Source: an uncultured delta proteobacterium (GTDB lineage: Bacteria > Myxococcota_A > Polyangia > Polyangiales > B10-G4). From it: 64,000 nt of DNA. How positions within the stretch are numbered: position 1 is the stretch's first letter; each line of letters begins with the position of its first letter. The stretch covers positions 576,001-640,000 of the forward strand of contig CAVSGI010000021.1 in NCBI GenBank assembly GCA_963727445.1. The letters are read 5' to 3'. The translations under genes were made by a program, and so were the position numbers. Below, one piece after another: positions 37,417 through 47,060 of this stretch. The notes below the pieces were generated by a model that was given only the letters and a program-made list of their open reading frames with translations, was not told where the DNA came from and did no database searches.

Positions 37417-38595
37417 ATGCGTCGTTTCCTACTCTTGCCGCTGCTCACCTCTCTCCTCTTCGTCGGCTGCGATTGCGGCGGAGGTGACGACCCGGACGGC
37501 GGGGGCATGGACGTCAGCACCGACGGGCCGACCGGGGACGTGAGCAGTGACGTGAGCGCAGATGCACCCACCGGCGACACCTCGGTCCGCCCCGACGGGG
37601 CCGCCTGTGGTGCCACAGGCACCTCGTGCGCCATGGCCACCGACTGCTGTTCGAACAGCTGCGTCGACACAGGGGGGGCGGACTGCGCGGGCGGCGGCGG
37701 GTGCATGTGCGCGCCGCGGGGCGCCTGCACCCCGGCCGGGATGGCGTGTGATCGCGACTCGGACTGCTGCAACAACCTCTGCTCGGACGGCACTTGCGCC
37801 GAGGTCGGGGCCTGCTCCACCCAGGGCGAGCCCTGCTCGACCGAGGGTCTCAGCGGCTCCTGCTGCTCCACGGTCTGTCTCGACAACGGTGACGGACCAC
37901 GCTGTCAGTTCCTCGGTGGCTGCCGCGTGCAGGACGACCTCTGCACCAGCGACGCCCAGTGCTGTTCGGGCGCGTGCAACGTCGATGGGATGACCTCGGA
38001 CGGACGCGAGATCCGCCGCTGCGCCAACGTCGAGTCGTGCCTCCCCGCCGGCGAGGTCTGCGGCGAGGGCGGCGCCAGCTCCAACTGCTGCCCCAACGGC
38101 GGCGGCGACACCGGCTGCGAGCCGACCACCACCGGCTTCCGGCGCTGCCTCGGCGGTGACGGGACCTGTACGCTCCCCGGCCGTCCATGCATGGACACCT
38201 CGGAGTGCTGCATGGACGCCTTCCCGGCGATCATGTGTCAGCCCGGACCGAGCGGCGACAACATCTGCTGCCTCGACGACGGAGAGGAGTGTGCGCTCGG
38301 CGACGTGTGCTGTAGCGGCGTCTGCGCACCCGATCCCGCCGACGGTGTCCTGCGCTGTGGCGCGATGTGCATCCCCGATGGAAGCGCCTGCACCACCGAC
38401 GCCGACTGCTGCGGCTGCGGCTGCATCGACGACGGGATGGGCGGTCAGGTCTGCACCAGCGACGCGACGCTCTGCGACCCCTGCACCGGCCCGAGTCTCG
38501 GCGAGTTCTGTGACCCTGCGGGTGAGGCCTGCTGCAACGCCCCCGCCGTGACCTGTCAGGGCATCGAGTTCACCACCTGTCAGATCGCTCCCTGA
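37417..38595 (+). CDS. Cys-rich lipoprotein with CCS-type knottin-like repeats
   Basis: Lipobox FVG-C-DC; repeated CxxxGxxCxxxxxCCxxxC modules. Confidence 0.8.
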   Translation: MRRFLLLPLLTSLLFVGCDCGGGDDPDGGGMDVSTDGPTGDVSSDVSADAPTGDTSVRPDGAACGATGTSCAMATDCCSNSCVDTGGADCAGGGGCMCAPRGACTPAGMACDRDSDCCNNLCSDGTCAEVGACSTQGEPCSTEGLSGSCCSTVCLDNGDGPRCQFLGGCRVQDDLCTSDAQCCSGACNVDGMTSDGREIRRCANVESCLPAGEVCGEGGASSNCCPNGGGDTGCEPTTTGFRRCLGGDGTCTLPGRPCMDTSECCMDAFPAIMCQPGPSGDNICCLDDGEECALGDVCCSGVCAPDPADGVLRCGAMCIPDGSACTTDADCCGCGCIDDGMGGQVCTSDATLCDPCTGPSLGEFCDPAGEACCNAPAVTCQGIEFTTCQIAP

Positions 38596-38617
38596 CCGAC
38601 GTAGTATCCTTCTGAGG

Positions 38618-40825
38618 ATGGTGCGATCCCTTTGCGCGCTCGGCCTCCTCGTCGTGCTCCTCGCGGGCTGCGGCGACGAGGCCACGCTCTTGCTCGTCGA
38701 CGTTCGCACGGACTTCGTGGTCGGCGTCGAGTTCGACCGGGTGCATGTCACCGCCATGCAGGCGGACGGCGCTGCACGCATCGTGGACACCGACGCGGAT
38801 CCGGCCGCCTCCTGGGGACGGGGCGTGCGGGTCGCAGAGGTGGAGGGGCTCACCAAAGGCCGCGTCGAGCTGACGGTCGAGCTGCGTCGTGGCCCGCTGA
38901 CCGTGGCGGAGCGACCCATCGTCGTCAGCCTCAGCGGCCAGACCGCGATCACCGTTCCAATCGCTCGCTCCTGCGCCTCGGTGGTCTGCCCGTCGGCGGG
39001 CGGAGACCCGGCGGCCACCGCCTGCCACGGCGGGTTGTGTGTCGATCCGCGCTGCACCGAAGAGACGCAGGAGTACTGCGGTGACCCCGCCTGTACGGCG
39101 GCATCGGACTGTCCCCCGCCCGGCGGCGCCTGCGCGGTCGCGCAGTGCAGCGGCGGCGTCTGCCTCGAGGAGAGCGACGCGACGGCTTGCGGAACGGACG
39201 AGTACTGCGACCCGGACGTCGGCTGCAGGGCGACACCCACGGCCAGCGACGGTGGTCCCCCGGACGGCGCGCTCGATGGTGGGATGGACGCGGGGCCCGA
39301 TGGTGCGATGGATTCCGGGTTCGATGGCGCGATGGATTCCGGGCTCGACGCGGACTCAGCCACCGACAGCGGCGTCGCCGTCGAGTGCATGACCGGCGCG
39401 GGCGCCGTCTTCGTCTCAGCGCTGGTGGGGGACGACGTGACCGGGGCCGGCACCCGCGTCTCGCCCCTGGCGACGATCTCCGCCGGTCTCGCCGCCGCGG
39501 TCGCCGCTTCGGACACGGCGGTGTGCGTGGGACGAGGAGACTATGCGGAGGCGGTGGAGCTCGTCGAAGGTGTGAGTCTCTACGGGGGCTTCCAGTGCAA
39601 CTCGGGCGGCTGCTCCTGGACACGAGATGTCACGACCTACGAGTCCCGGATCATCGGTGTGGACACGAACGGCGTCCATGCCGGCGCGACGATCACTCGA
39701 GCGACGCTCCTCGATGGCTTCACCATGATCGGCATGGACGCGGAGCTCGGCCTCCTGGAGCACTCCGCGGCGTTCTCCATCGAATCGGGAACGCCGGTGA
39801 TCACCAACAATCGAATCGAGGGCGGCGACGTGACCGGCACCGCCGCGTACACCTCGACCGCGGCGCTGTCGCTGGTCGGCGCATCGAACGCCCCCGAGGG
39901 CGCGCTCATCCAGGACAACGTGATCATCGGCGGCAGCTCTGCCTCTTCCGCCTCCTACGCTGTGGAAAGCTCCCCGCGTGGCAGCCCGCCGACGCTGGTG
40001 CTGGTGCACAACGACGTGCGTGGGGGGGACGGCGGATTCGTCCGCGCGGTCTCCGCGGAGGGAACCGCGCCTGGGAGCCGCTGCGAGGACAACACGATCT
40101 CGGCGGGCTCCGCAGGACCCACCGGAGGAAGCTTCGCCCTCGGCGGCGCCGGAACGATCACCATCGCCCGCAATCGGATCAACCTCGGCAGTGCGGTCGG
40201 CACGTGTCCGGCGTCCGTCCCGGGCTTCTGCGGCGGAGTCTCCCTGGACGGGGCAGAGGCGACCCTCATCAACAACGTCATCCACGGCATGGACGCGCCG
40301 CGAAGCGTGGCGCTCCGTCTGGACAATGAAGAAGTCGCCTTCTCGGAGGTGGTCGTCAACGGCAACACCCTCGACGGCGGCGGCACGTCCGGGTCCGCGG
40401 TGACGACTGCCATCCTCATCGAGAACCTCATGGACGGCGATGCCGTGGTGGGCCGGTTTCGGAACAACATCCTGCTCGGTGGAAACGGGGCGAGCCGCTA
40501 TGCGATCTACGAGGCAGACGCGCCCGCCGGCGTCACCGTGACGCCTGCCGCCGTCGAGAACAACGACATGTTCTCCGTCGACGTCGCCCATCGCCGATGG
40601 ACGGGCGCCGAGGTGCTCTTGATGGCGCCCAGCGACGTGAACGCCCAGCCCTGGGGCGCCGCCAATTTCGGCGTCGACCCGATGCTCGACGCGACGTTCC
40701 ACCTGATGCCGGGCTCGGGCTGCATCGACCAGGGCACGCCCACCGACGCGCCCTCCGACGATTTCGATGGAGAGGTGCGGCCCCAGGGATTTGCCTTCGA
40801 CGTGGGCGCCGATGAGGCGGGATGA
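38618..40825 (+). CDS. Lipoprotein with Cys-rich module and parallel beta-helix (DUF1565-like) domain
   Basis: Lipobox LAG-C; VFVS...GDD...GTRVSPLATIS; N-laddered strands; terminal DFDGEVRPQG..FDVGADE. Confidence 0.8.
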   Translation: MVRSLCALGLLVVLLAGCGDEATLLLVDVRTDFVVGVEFDRVHVTAMQADGAARIVDTDADPAASWGRGVRVAEVEGLTKGRVELTVELRRGPLTVAERPIVVSLSGQTAITVPIARSCASVVCPSAGGDPAATACHGGLCVDPRCTEETQEYCGDPACTAASDCPPPGGACAVAQCSGGVCLEESDATACGTDEYCDPDVGCRATPTASDGGPPDGALDGGMDAGPDGAMDSGFDGAMDSGLDADSATDSGVAVECMTGAGAVFVSALVGDDVTGAGTRVSPLATISAGLAAAVAASDTAVCVGRGDYAEAVELVEGVSLYGGFQCNSGGCSWTRDVTTYESRIIGVDTNGVHAGATITRATLLDGFTMIGMDAELGLLEHSAAFSIESGTPVITNNRIEGGDVTGTAAYTSTAALSLVGASNAPEGALIQDNVIIGGSSASSASYAVESSPRGSPPTLVLVHNDVRGGDGGFVRAVSAEGTAPGSRCEDNTISAGSAGPTGGSFALGGAGTITIARNRINLGSAVGTCPASVPGFCGGVSLDGAEATLINNVIHGMDAPRSVALRLDNEEVAFSEVVVNGNTLDGGGTSGSAVTTAILIENLMDGDAVVGRFRNNILLGGNGASRYAIYEADAPAGVTVTPAAVENNDMFSVDVAHRRWTGAEVLLMAPSDVNAQPWGAANFGVDPMLDATFHLMPGSGCIDQGTPTDAPSDDFDGEVRPQGFAFDVGADEAG

Positions 40826-40976
40826 CCGCTCGGGACCGACCTTAATCTGGCCGGTGCACCGCCCAGGGTGGCACGAGCTGCGGACTCGCGGATGAGGCCC
40901 CCGGCCCGTCGGTCGCGCGAATCGCGCGTTTCGACTCGTGGAGCCGGTGGCTCAGAACGTGCTTCGTAAGCGCGGC

Positions 40977-42050
40977 GTGACCGTTTCGCTCCGGACCCTG
41001 ATGGTGCTCTCCATGCTGCCCCTCTGGGCCTGTTCTACCGTCGATCCCGTGGAGACTGGCCGCGGGCCAGGGGACGCGGGGGAGGCGGACGCCGCGGCGG
41101 CGGACGCGGCCGTACCAGACGCCATGCCCGCCGACGCCGAAGTGCCCCCATGCCCCTGCTTCCTCGGCGACGGCCCCTACTGTGCCGCCCGCGCGCGCGA
41201 CCTCGCCGCAGCCGAGGGCTGTGAGCTGCCCCTCGCCGAGGAGCACCCCGACGCCCTCCTGTCGTGCGCTTCCGACGCGTGGGAGGTGGCGGACGACTGT
41301 CCGGGGGAATGCACCTACGGCGCTCCGGGCGAGCTCGACGACGCGTGCGTGCTTCCGGTCTGCGACTGCTTCGTGCTCGAAGCCTGGTGCGGCTCCGGCG
41401 CGCAGGAGGTCGCCGATGGGCGTCACTGCCGCATCCCGCTCCTGCCCGAGCACGAAAACGACATCCTCTACTGTCCAGGCGGTGAGTGGACGGTGAAGCA
41501 GACCTGTGACAACGGCTGCATCTCCGCGCCGACGGGGACGCCCGACAGCTGTCGGGGCAGCTCGGATTACTCCATGCCCTTCGCCTGCGGCGCGTCCGTG
41601 CGTTGTTCGAGCGGCAACCACACCTCGAATCACAGCGGCATGGACGAGTACGCCTACGACTGGGCGGTGCCTCGGGGCACGGTCGCGCGCGCGATGCGAG
41701 GGGGGCGGGTGATACGCGTCCGCAACGTCTCGCCTCCGGGCAGTCACTGCTACGACGGCGGCGGCAGCGAGTGCGCGAATCTGGCGAACACGGTCGAGGT
41801 CCGGCACCCCGACGGGACCATTGGCCTCTACATGCACCTGAACCGCGGCACGGTGAGCGTCGGAGACCGAGTGGCAGAGGGTGATCCCATCGGCCGGACG
41901 GGCACCTCCGGCTGGAGCACCGGTCCGCACCTGCACGTGCAGGTGCAGCGGAACTGCGGCATCTGGTGGTGTCAGTCCATTCCTTTCCGCTTTGCCGAGA
42001 AGAGGACGGTTCGCACCGGCGACACCGTGACCTCGGAAAACTGCCACTGA
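40977..42050 (+). CDS. M23 family metallopeptidase lipoprotein with two Cys-rich modules; start uncertain
   Basis: H...AYDW, YMHL and GTSGWSTGPHLH motifs. Confidence 0.88.
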   Translation: MTVSLRTLMVLSMLPLWACSTVDPVETGRGPGDAGEADAAAADAAVPDAMPADAEVPPCPCFLGDGPYCAARARDLAAAEGCELPLAEEHPDALLSCASDAWEVADDCPGECTYGAPGELDDACVLPVCDCFVLEAWCGSGAQEVADGRHCRIPLLPEHENDILYCPGGEWTVKQTCDNGCISAPTGTPDSCRGSSDYSMPFACGASVRCSSGNHTSNHSGMDEYAYDWAVPRGTVARAMRGGRVIRVRNVSPPGSHCYDGGGSECANLANTVEVRHPDGTIGLYMHLNRGTVSVGDRVAEGDPIGRTGTSGWSTGPHLHVQVQRNCGIWWCQSIPFRFAEKRTVRTGDTVTSENCH

Positions 42051-42127
42051 CCGCGGGCGCTCATGGAGTATCGTCCCTGGGTGCTCTCGGGCGACAGGCG
42101 GGTGTTCATCGTCGGGCAGCTGGGACC

Positions 42128-42460
42128 GTGAACGAGATGGAGATCGAAGGGCTCCTCTCCACCATGGTAGCGGTCGGCTTCTTCGCGGTCGCCGCTCTGC
42201 TCCTCCTCGTCACGGTGGGGATCGTCATCGTCCGGCGCCTCCGCGGTGAGAAGGCCTCTTCTGCTGGCGTGTTGGCTTTCCTCGTCAGCATCGTCGTGTT
42301 CGTGCTCGGCGGCGCGGGCGCCCTCACCGGCGTCGCGTGGATCGCGAAGGAGACGGACGACGCCATCGTCTTCTGGGGACCGGCCGTCGTCCTGCTCGCG
42401 CTCATCGGCGGTTTCGTGTCGTGGCTCCTCGCGGGGCGCGTCGAGCCGCCAGAGGCGTGA
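42128..42460 (+). CDS. Small membrane protein (3 TM)
   Basis: Three hydrophobic segments. Confidence 0.55.
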   Translation: MNEMEIEGLLSTMVAVGFFAVAALLLLVTVGIVIVRRLRGEKASSAGVLAFLVSIVVFVLGGAGALTGVAWIAKETDDAIVFWGPAVVLLALIGGFVSWLLAGRVEPPEA

Positions 42461-44015
42461 GCTCTGCGGTCGGAGCGGCGCTCGCGGGGCGGAGCACCAC
42501 CATCTCGTCCTGCTGGCACTTGCTGCAAATCACGAAGTGATCGACGTGCACTTCGTAGACCTCTCGGAGGCGGGGGTCGTGGAGCATGCTCGGGTACCAG
42601 GACGGGATGATGGCGAGGTAGCGGGGGGGATGCGCTCGCAAGACCTCCGGGAGGCCGCCGCCGAGGGCTTCGTGCGTGTTGATGCCGAGCATGTCGACCA
42701 CCGGACGGTCGCTGATGAAGCGGATGGCTCCGGCGTCGTGCGTCGCGATCCAATCGTTGGGCGAGGAGTTGTTGGCGATCCAGAGCCCGACCTGAACCTG
42801 CTCCTCCTCGACGTTCTCGGCGCTCCAGGCCTGGAGCGACGCGTTGCGGTCGATCTTGGCGGGGAGGGTGACGAGGGACATCGCGATCAGAGGCACCGCC
42901 AGGGCGCCCAGGACCCGTCCCTGCGTCTGGCGGGCGGGACGGCGACGCACGAGCCGAAAGAGCTCGTCGATAGAGGTCCAGAGCCCGATCGCGATGGGTA
43001 CGAAGACGAGCGCGATGCCGGCGTCGAGATAGCGATGCCAGTAGAAGGCGAGCGGCTCGTTGATTCGATGCGCCCAGATGATCGCCACGATCCACAGCGG
43101 TCCGACCAGGACGAGGGCGAGGCGGGCGGCCCGCGCCTTCGCGCCCTCGCCTTCGACGAGTAGCCGGTGTGCACCGAGCACGAACGCGACGACGCCACAG
43201 CCCCAGAAGAGCCAGGGGTAGTCGAGGAGCTGGCCGAAGATCACGGTGCCGGCATCGGAGAAGGCGTCGAGGGGGCCGGCGTCCTGGTGCTTCAAGTAGA
43301 ACGCGCTGGGCAGGAGCCGTCCGGTGACGATCAGGCAGTAGCCGACCCAGGCGACCGTCACCGCGAGCGGCGGCAGGGCGAGCGCGCGGAAGGTGGCGGA
43401 GCTCCGGAGCTCGTCGCGGTCCAACCACGCGAACACCGCGACGGCGGTGACGGCGACCACCAACATCTCGGGGCGGCTCAGCACCGCGAGCGCCAGAGCG
43501 ATTCCGGCCCCTCGATAGCGCTTCGCACAGAGGAGATCGAAAGCGGCGAGCGAGGTCGCGGCCGCCAGGGGGACCTCCATCCCACTGACGGCGCCGAAGG
43601 CGAGCCACGGATCGAGGGCGATCATCGTGCCGAGGACCATCCCGGCGCCGATGCCGGCGAGGCGTTCGCCGAGTCGAAAGCCGAAGACGCTCGCGGCCGC
43701 GGCGCACGCCACACCAACCACTTTCACGATGAGAACGAGCGACACGTCCCACGGCACACGGATCCAGAAGAGCGGCGCGAGGAGGATCGCCCACAGGGGA
43801 CTGGTGAACCCGGCTTCGGCCTGCCCGGGCACATAGGCGAATCCATCGAAGCCGGCGAGGCTCCGCGCGTAGACCAGGTGGATCCATCCGTCGTCGAGGG
43901 GCAGCCCAACCGCTGCCGCGTCGGTCCCCGGGCTCCGATCGAGCAGAAACCGAAGCGCGACCCCGACGCAGAGCGCCAGGGGCCAGGCCAGCCGCCACCG
44001 CGCTGCCGCACCCAT
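42402..44015 (-). CDS. GT-C fold membrane glycosyltransferase-like protein
   Basis: PLDDGWIHLVYARSL, GFTSPLW, SGMEVPL, SRPE and DAGAI...VDMLGI motifs; multiple TM segments. Confidence 0.75.
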   Translation of the reverse strand: MGAAARWRLAWPLALCVGVALRFLLDRSPGTDAAAVGLPLDDGWIHLVYARSLAGFDGFAYVPGQAEAGFTSPLWAILLAPLFWIRVPWDVSLVLIVKVVGVACAAAASVFGFRLGERLAGIGAGMVLGTMIALDPWLAFGAVSGMEVPLAAATSLAAFDLLCAKRYRGAGIALALAVLSRPEMLVVAVTAVAVFAWLDRDELRSSATFRALALPPLAVTVAWVGYCLIVTGRLLPSAFYLKHQDAGPLDAFSDAGTVIFGQLLDYPWLFWGCGVVAFVLGAHRLLVEGEGAKARAARLALVLVGPLWIVAIIWAHRINEPLAFYWHRYLDAGIALVFVPIAIGLWTSIDELFRLVRRRPARQTQGRVLGALAVPLIAMSLVTLPAKIDRNASLQAWSAENVEEEQVQVGLWIANNSSPNDWIATHDAGAIRFISDRPVVDMLGINTHEALGGGLPEVLRAHPPRYLAIIPSWYPSMLHDPRLREVYEVHVDHFVICSKCQQDEMVVLRPASAAPTAELTPLAARRAPRGATTRNRR

Positions 44016-44074
44016 CGAGGCTCATTTCTATCGCAGCGTGGCGCGCAGCGAAAGATGGCGAGTTGGGGGCTGCG

Positions 44075-46237
44075 TCAACACGTGCTGCACCCCGTCCCCG
44101 AGGAGCTGCACCCCCCACTGGTGCTGCACCCCGTGGGGCAGCTGGTGGTCGCGGGACATCCCAGCAGGGGATGGCAGAGGAGATCGCAAGCGCAGGAGGT
44201 CGAACAATCGACAGACGAGCACGAGCCACCCCCGGTGCAATCGAGGTCGCATGCACCTGGCCCGCAGGCTATATCGCCGCAGCCGCCCAAGCCATCACAG
44301 GCGACCGTGCAGCTGCCTGCATCGCACGCGACGCTGCCGCACCCGCCGTTGCCACCACAGTCCACGTGACAGGTGGACGCGCCGCGACAGTCGATCGGCC
44401 CGAGACACCCTCCCTCGGCGTTGCACAACACGGCGCACGGGACTCCGGGCGCGCAGGTGATGGATCCGGTGCACGGTCCGTTGTCGTCGCAGCGCACTTC
44501 ACAAGACGTGGCCGTTGCACAGTCCAGGCGACCACTGCAGCCGCCTCCTCCGCCGCAGTCGAGCAGACACGAGCCACTTCCGCAGGTGATGTCTCCGCAG
44601 GGCCCGGGTCCATTGCACGCGATGCTGCAATCGGTCGCGTCGCTGCAGTCCACGAGGCCGCACCCACCGAACACGTCGCACTGGACCCGGCACGGGACAC
44701 CCGCAGGGCAGGTCACCGAAGGGCAGCCCGCGTCGGGGCAGCTGATGACGCAGGTCCCCGCGACGCAGGTGCCCATGGTGCAGACGTCCGAGCAGGCCAC
44801 GGGGCAGTCCTCGGCGCAGCTGGCCGAGGTCTCCGAAGCGCAGCAGAGCCCGTCACCGCACGTCGTCGTGCCGCAGTCGGTCTCGCAGCTGCAACTGTTC
44901 TCGCCGGAGGGCTCGCAGCATACGCCATCCCCGCAGCTCGAGGCCCCACAGTCGCTCGGGCAGCTACACGGGCTCTCCGTGGGGCAGCAACGACCGTCTC
45001 CGCAGACGGCCGCACCGCAGTCGGCAGCGCAAGAACAGACGTCCTCCCCCGCGGAGCCACAGCAGATGCCGTTTTCGCAGGTGTCGGCGCCGCAGTCGGC
45101 CGCGCAAGTGCACGAGTCCTCGCCCGCCGCCGTGCAGCAGACCCCATCCCCACAGGCCGAGGCCCCGCAGTCCCCCGGGCAGGTGCAGGCGTCCTCACCC
45201 CCGGCAGCGCAGCACAGTCCATCGCCGCATGTCGCGCCCGTGCAATCGGCGCCGCAGGTGCAAACGTCTTCGCCGGCGTTGCACACCCCGTCGGGACAAG
45301 CGGCCGTGCAGTCCTCGGCGCAGCTCGCCGAGGTCTCGTCGCGCGCGGCGCAGCACACTTCGTCGCCGCAAGTCGGGGCGCCGCAGTCGTCAGGGCAGGA
45401 GCAGCGGGTCTCCCCCGCGCGTGCGCAGCAGCTGCCGTCGCCACAGGCCGAAGCCCCACAGTCGCTCGGACAGGAGCACGCGCTTTCGCCGCCGGCATCG
45501 CAGCAGATGCCGTCACCGCAAGAGGAGGCGCCGCAATCGCTCGGACAGGTGCATGCGGTTTCGCCGCCGGCTGCGCAGCAGATGCCGTCGCCGCAAGTGC
45601 CCATTCCGCAATCTTCACACCCACACGCGGTTTCGCCCGTGAGCCCGCAGCAGATCGCGTCGCCGCAGGAGGAGGCGCCACAGTCGCTCGGACAGGAGCA
45701 CGCGCTCTCGCCCATCGTCCCGCAGCAGACTGCATCCCCGCAGCTGTTCAGCCCACAATCGCTCGGGCACGTACACGGGTCCTCACCGCCGACGCTGCAG
45801 CACGCGCCGTCGCCGCACGTAGCCTCGGTGCAGTCCGTCTCGCAGGTGCACACGTCTTCGCCGGTGGTGCAGCGGCCGTCGCCGCACACGGGGAAGCAGT
45901 CGTCTCCGCACGTCGCGATGTTCTCCCCGGTCGCGGCGCAGCAGATCGCGTCGCCACAGCTCCCCTCCCCACAGTCCGCTGCGCAGGCGCACGCGTTTTC
46001 GCCCCGGCCTGGGCAGCACAGGCCGTCGCCACACGACGATGGGCCGCAGTCCGACGGGCAGCCGCACGCGTCTTCACCGCCGCAGCAGACGCCATCCCCG
46101 CAGATCGGCGCCGGGCAGCTGCCGCCGTCTGGAACGGTCGCGTCCATCGATCCGACGTCTACGCGGTCGAATCCCACCCGCCCGCATCCCACGCCGGCCA
46201 GCAGCAGCGCCACCCCGAGTGCGACTCGCCAGATCAT
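44075..46237 (-). CDS. Very Cys-rich repeat lipoprotein
   Basis: Lipobox GVG-C-GRVGFD; 18 CGDGxCC..GE..CxCxxDC repeats followed by ~9 shorter 4-Cys repeats. Confidence 0.85.
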   Translation of the reverse strand: MIWRVALGVALLLAGVGCGRVGFDRVDVGSMDATVPDGGSCPAPICGDGVCCGGEDACGCPSDCGPSSCGDGLCCPGRGENACACAADCGEGSCGDAICCAATGENIATCGDDCFPVCGDGRCTTGEDVCTCETDCTEATCGDGACCSVGGEDPCTCPSDCGLNSCGDAVCCGTMGESACSCPSDCGASSCGDAICCGLTGETACGCEDCGMGTCGDGICCAAGGETACTCPSDCGASSCGDGICCDAGGESACSCPSDCGASACGDGSCCARAGETRCSCPDDCGAPTCGDEVCCAARDETSASCAEDCTAACPDGVCNAGEDVCTCGADCTGATCGDGLCCAAGGEDACTCPGDCGASACGDGVCCTAAGEDSCTCAADCGADTCENGICCGSAGEDVCSCAADCGAAVCGDGRCCPTESPCSCPSDCGASSCGDGVCCEPSGENSCSCETDCGTTTCGDGLCCASETSASCAEDCPVACSDVCTMGTCVAGTCVISCPDAGCPSVTCPAGVPCRVQCDVFGGCGLVDCSDATDCSIACNGPGPCGDITCGSGSCLLDCGGGGGCSGRLDCATATSCEVRCDDNGPCTGSITCAPGVPCAVLCNAEGGCLGPIDCRGASTCHVDCGGNGGCGSVACDAGSCTVACDGLGGCGDIACGPGACDLDCTGGGSCSSVDCSTSCACDLLCHPLLGCPATTSCPTGCSTSGGCSSSGTGCSTC

Positions 46238-46355
46238 GGATGAGGTTACCGCGCGTAGCATCCGCCGCCGGTAACATATCAAACGATGGTTTTCGGACGG
46301 GGGTGGCGGAAAGGACGAGCGCGACTAGAGTAGCCTCGTCGCCGGGGAGGGATGG

Positions 46356-47051
46356 ATGAAAGCGCTGGTTGGACTCTTGACCGTCTTGTGTGTGGTGGGA
46401 TGTGACGATCCGGGGGATATCGTCGAGGCGCACCGCCCGGCGCTCCAGGCGAAGCTCGATGCCCTGCGTCAGATCGGCGGTGACGTGAGCGGGCGGGCCG
46501 CGGCGACCGATGCAGATCTCGACGTCCCCAGCGATGCCAACTTCGGGCGGAACGGCAACGGCTTGATCGTCTCCCCGAACCAGCTCGCCGATCCGACCGC
46601 CGGGCCGGAAGAGCACTGGGAGAACATGCCCGCGGGCAGCAGCTACCTCTATCCGTCCTGGGCCAGCTACTCGGATGCCGTGGTGATACCCATTGCACAC
46701 TACCTTCGCGACGGAGACTTCGAGAGCGACCCGCAAGAGTCCGTGGTGCAGTTCGCCGTCGACGGCCTTTCGCGCATGAAGTACGCGCTGGTGGTTCGCG
46801 TCCAGCACGCCGTTCCGCCGCGCCTGCAAGGCGACGAGATCGAGGCCAACGACATCGAGACCTTCCAGTCGGGAGGCATCGTCGGCGACGTGCTCCTCTA
46901 CAATCTCGGCTCGGGCTCGTTCCTGGACAGCGCCACTTACGAAGTCCTGAGCCCCGCGGAAGCGGACGTCTACAACGAAGACATCGCGGGTCAGCTCCGG
47001 TCAGAGCTCATCCGTGCGCTCGGAGAGAAAATCGACGGTCTCACTCGCTGA
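46356..47051 (+). CDS. Hypothetical lipoprotein
   Basis: Lipobox VVG-C; GGAGG upstream of the start. Confidence 0.7.
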   Translation: MKALVGLLTVLCVVGCDDPGDIVEAHRPALQAKLDALRQIGGDVSGRAAATDADLDVPSDANFGRNGNGLIVSPNQLADPTAGPEEHWENMPAGSSYLYPSWASYSDAVVIPIAHYLRDGDFESDPQESVVQFAVDGLSRMKYALVVRVQHAVPPRLQGDEIEANDIETFQSGGIVGDVLLYNLGSGSFLDSATYEVLSPAEADVYNEDIAGQLRSELIRALGEKIDGLTR

Positions 47052-47060
47052 GGCGGGTGT

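Noticed and set aside
44063..46274. Long + strand ORFs (726 aa and 633 aa) as overlapping genes
   Set aside because: Antisense shadows of the Cys-repeat gene; high GC suppresses stop codons. The same applies to 37429..39516 (-) and 50325..52685 (+).
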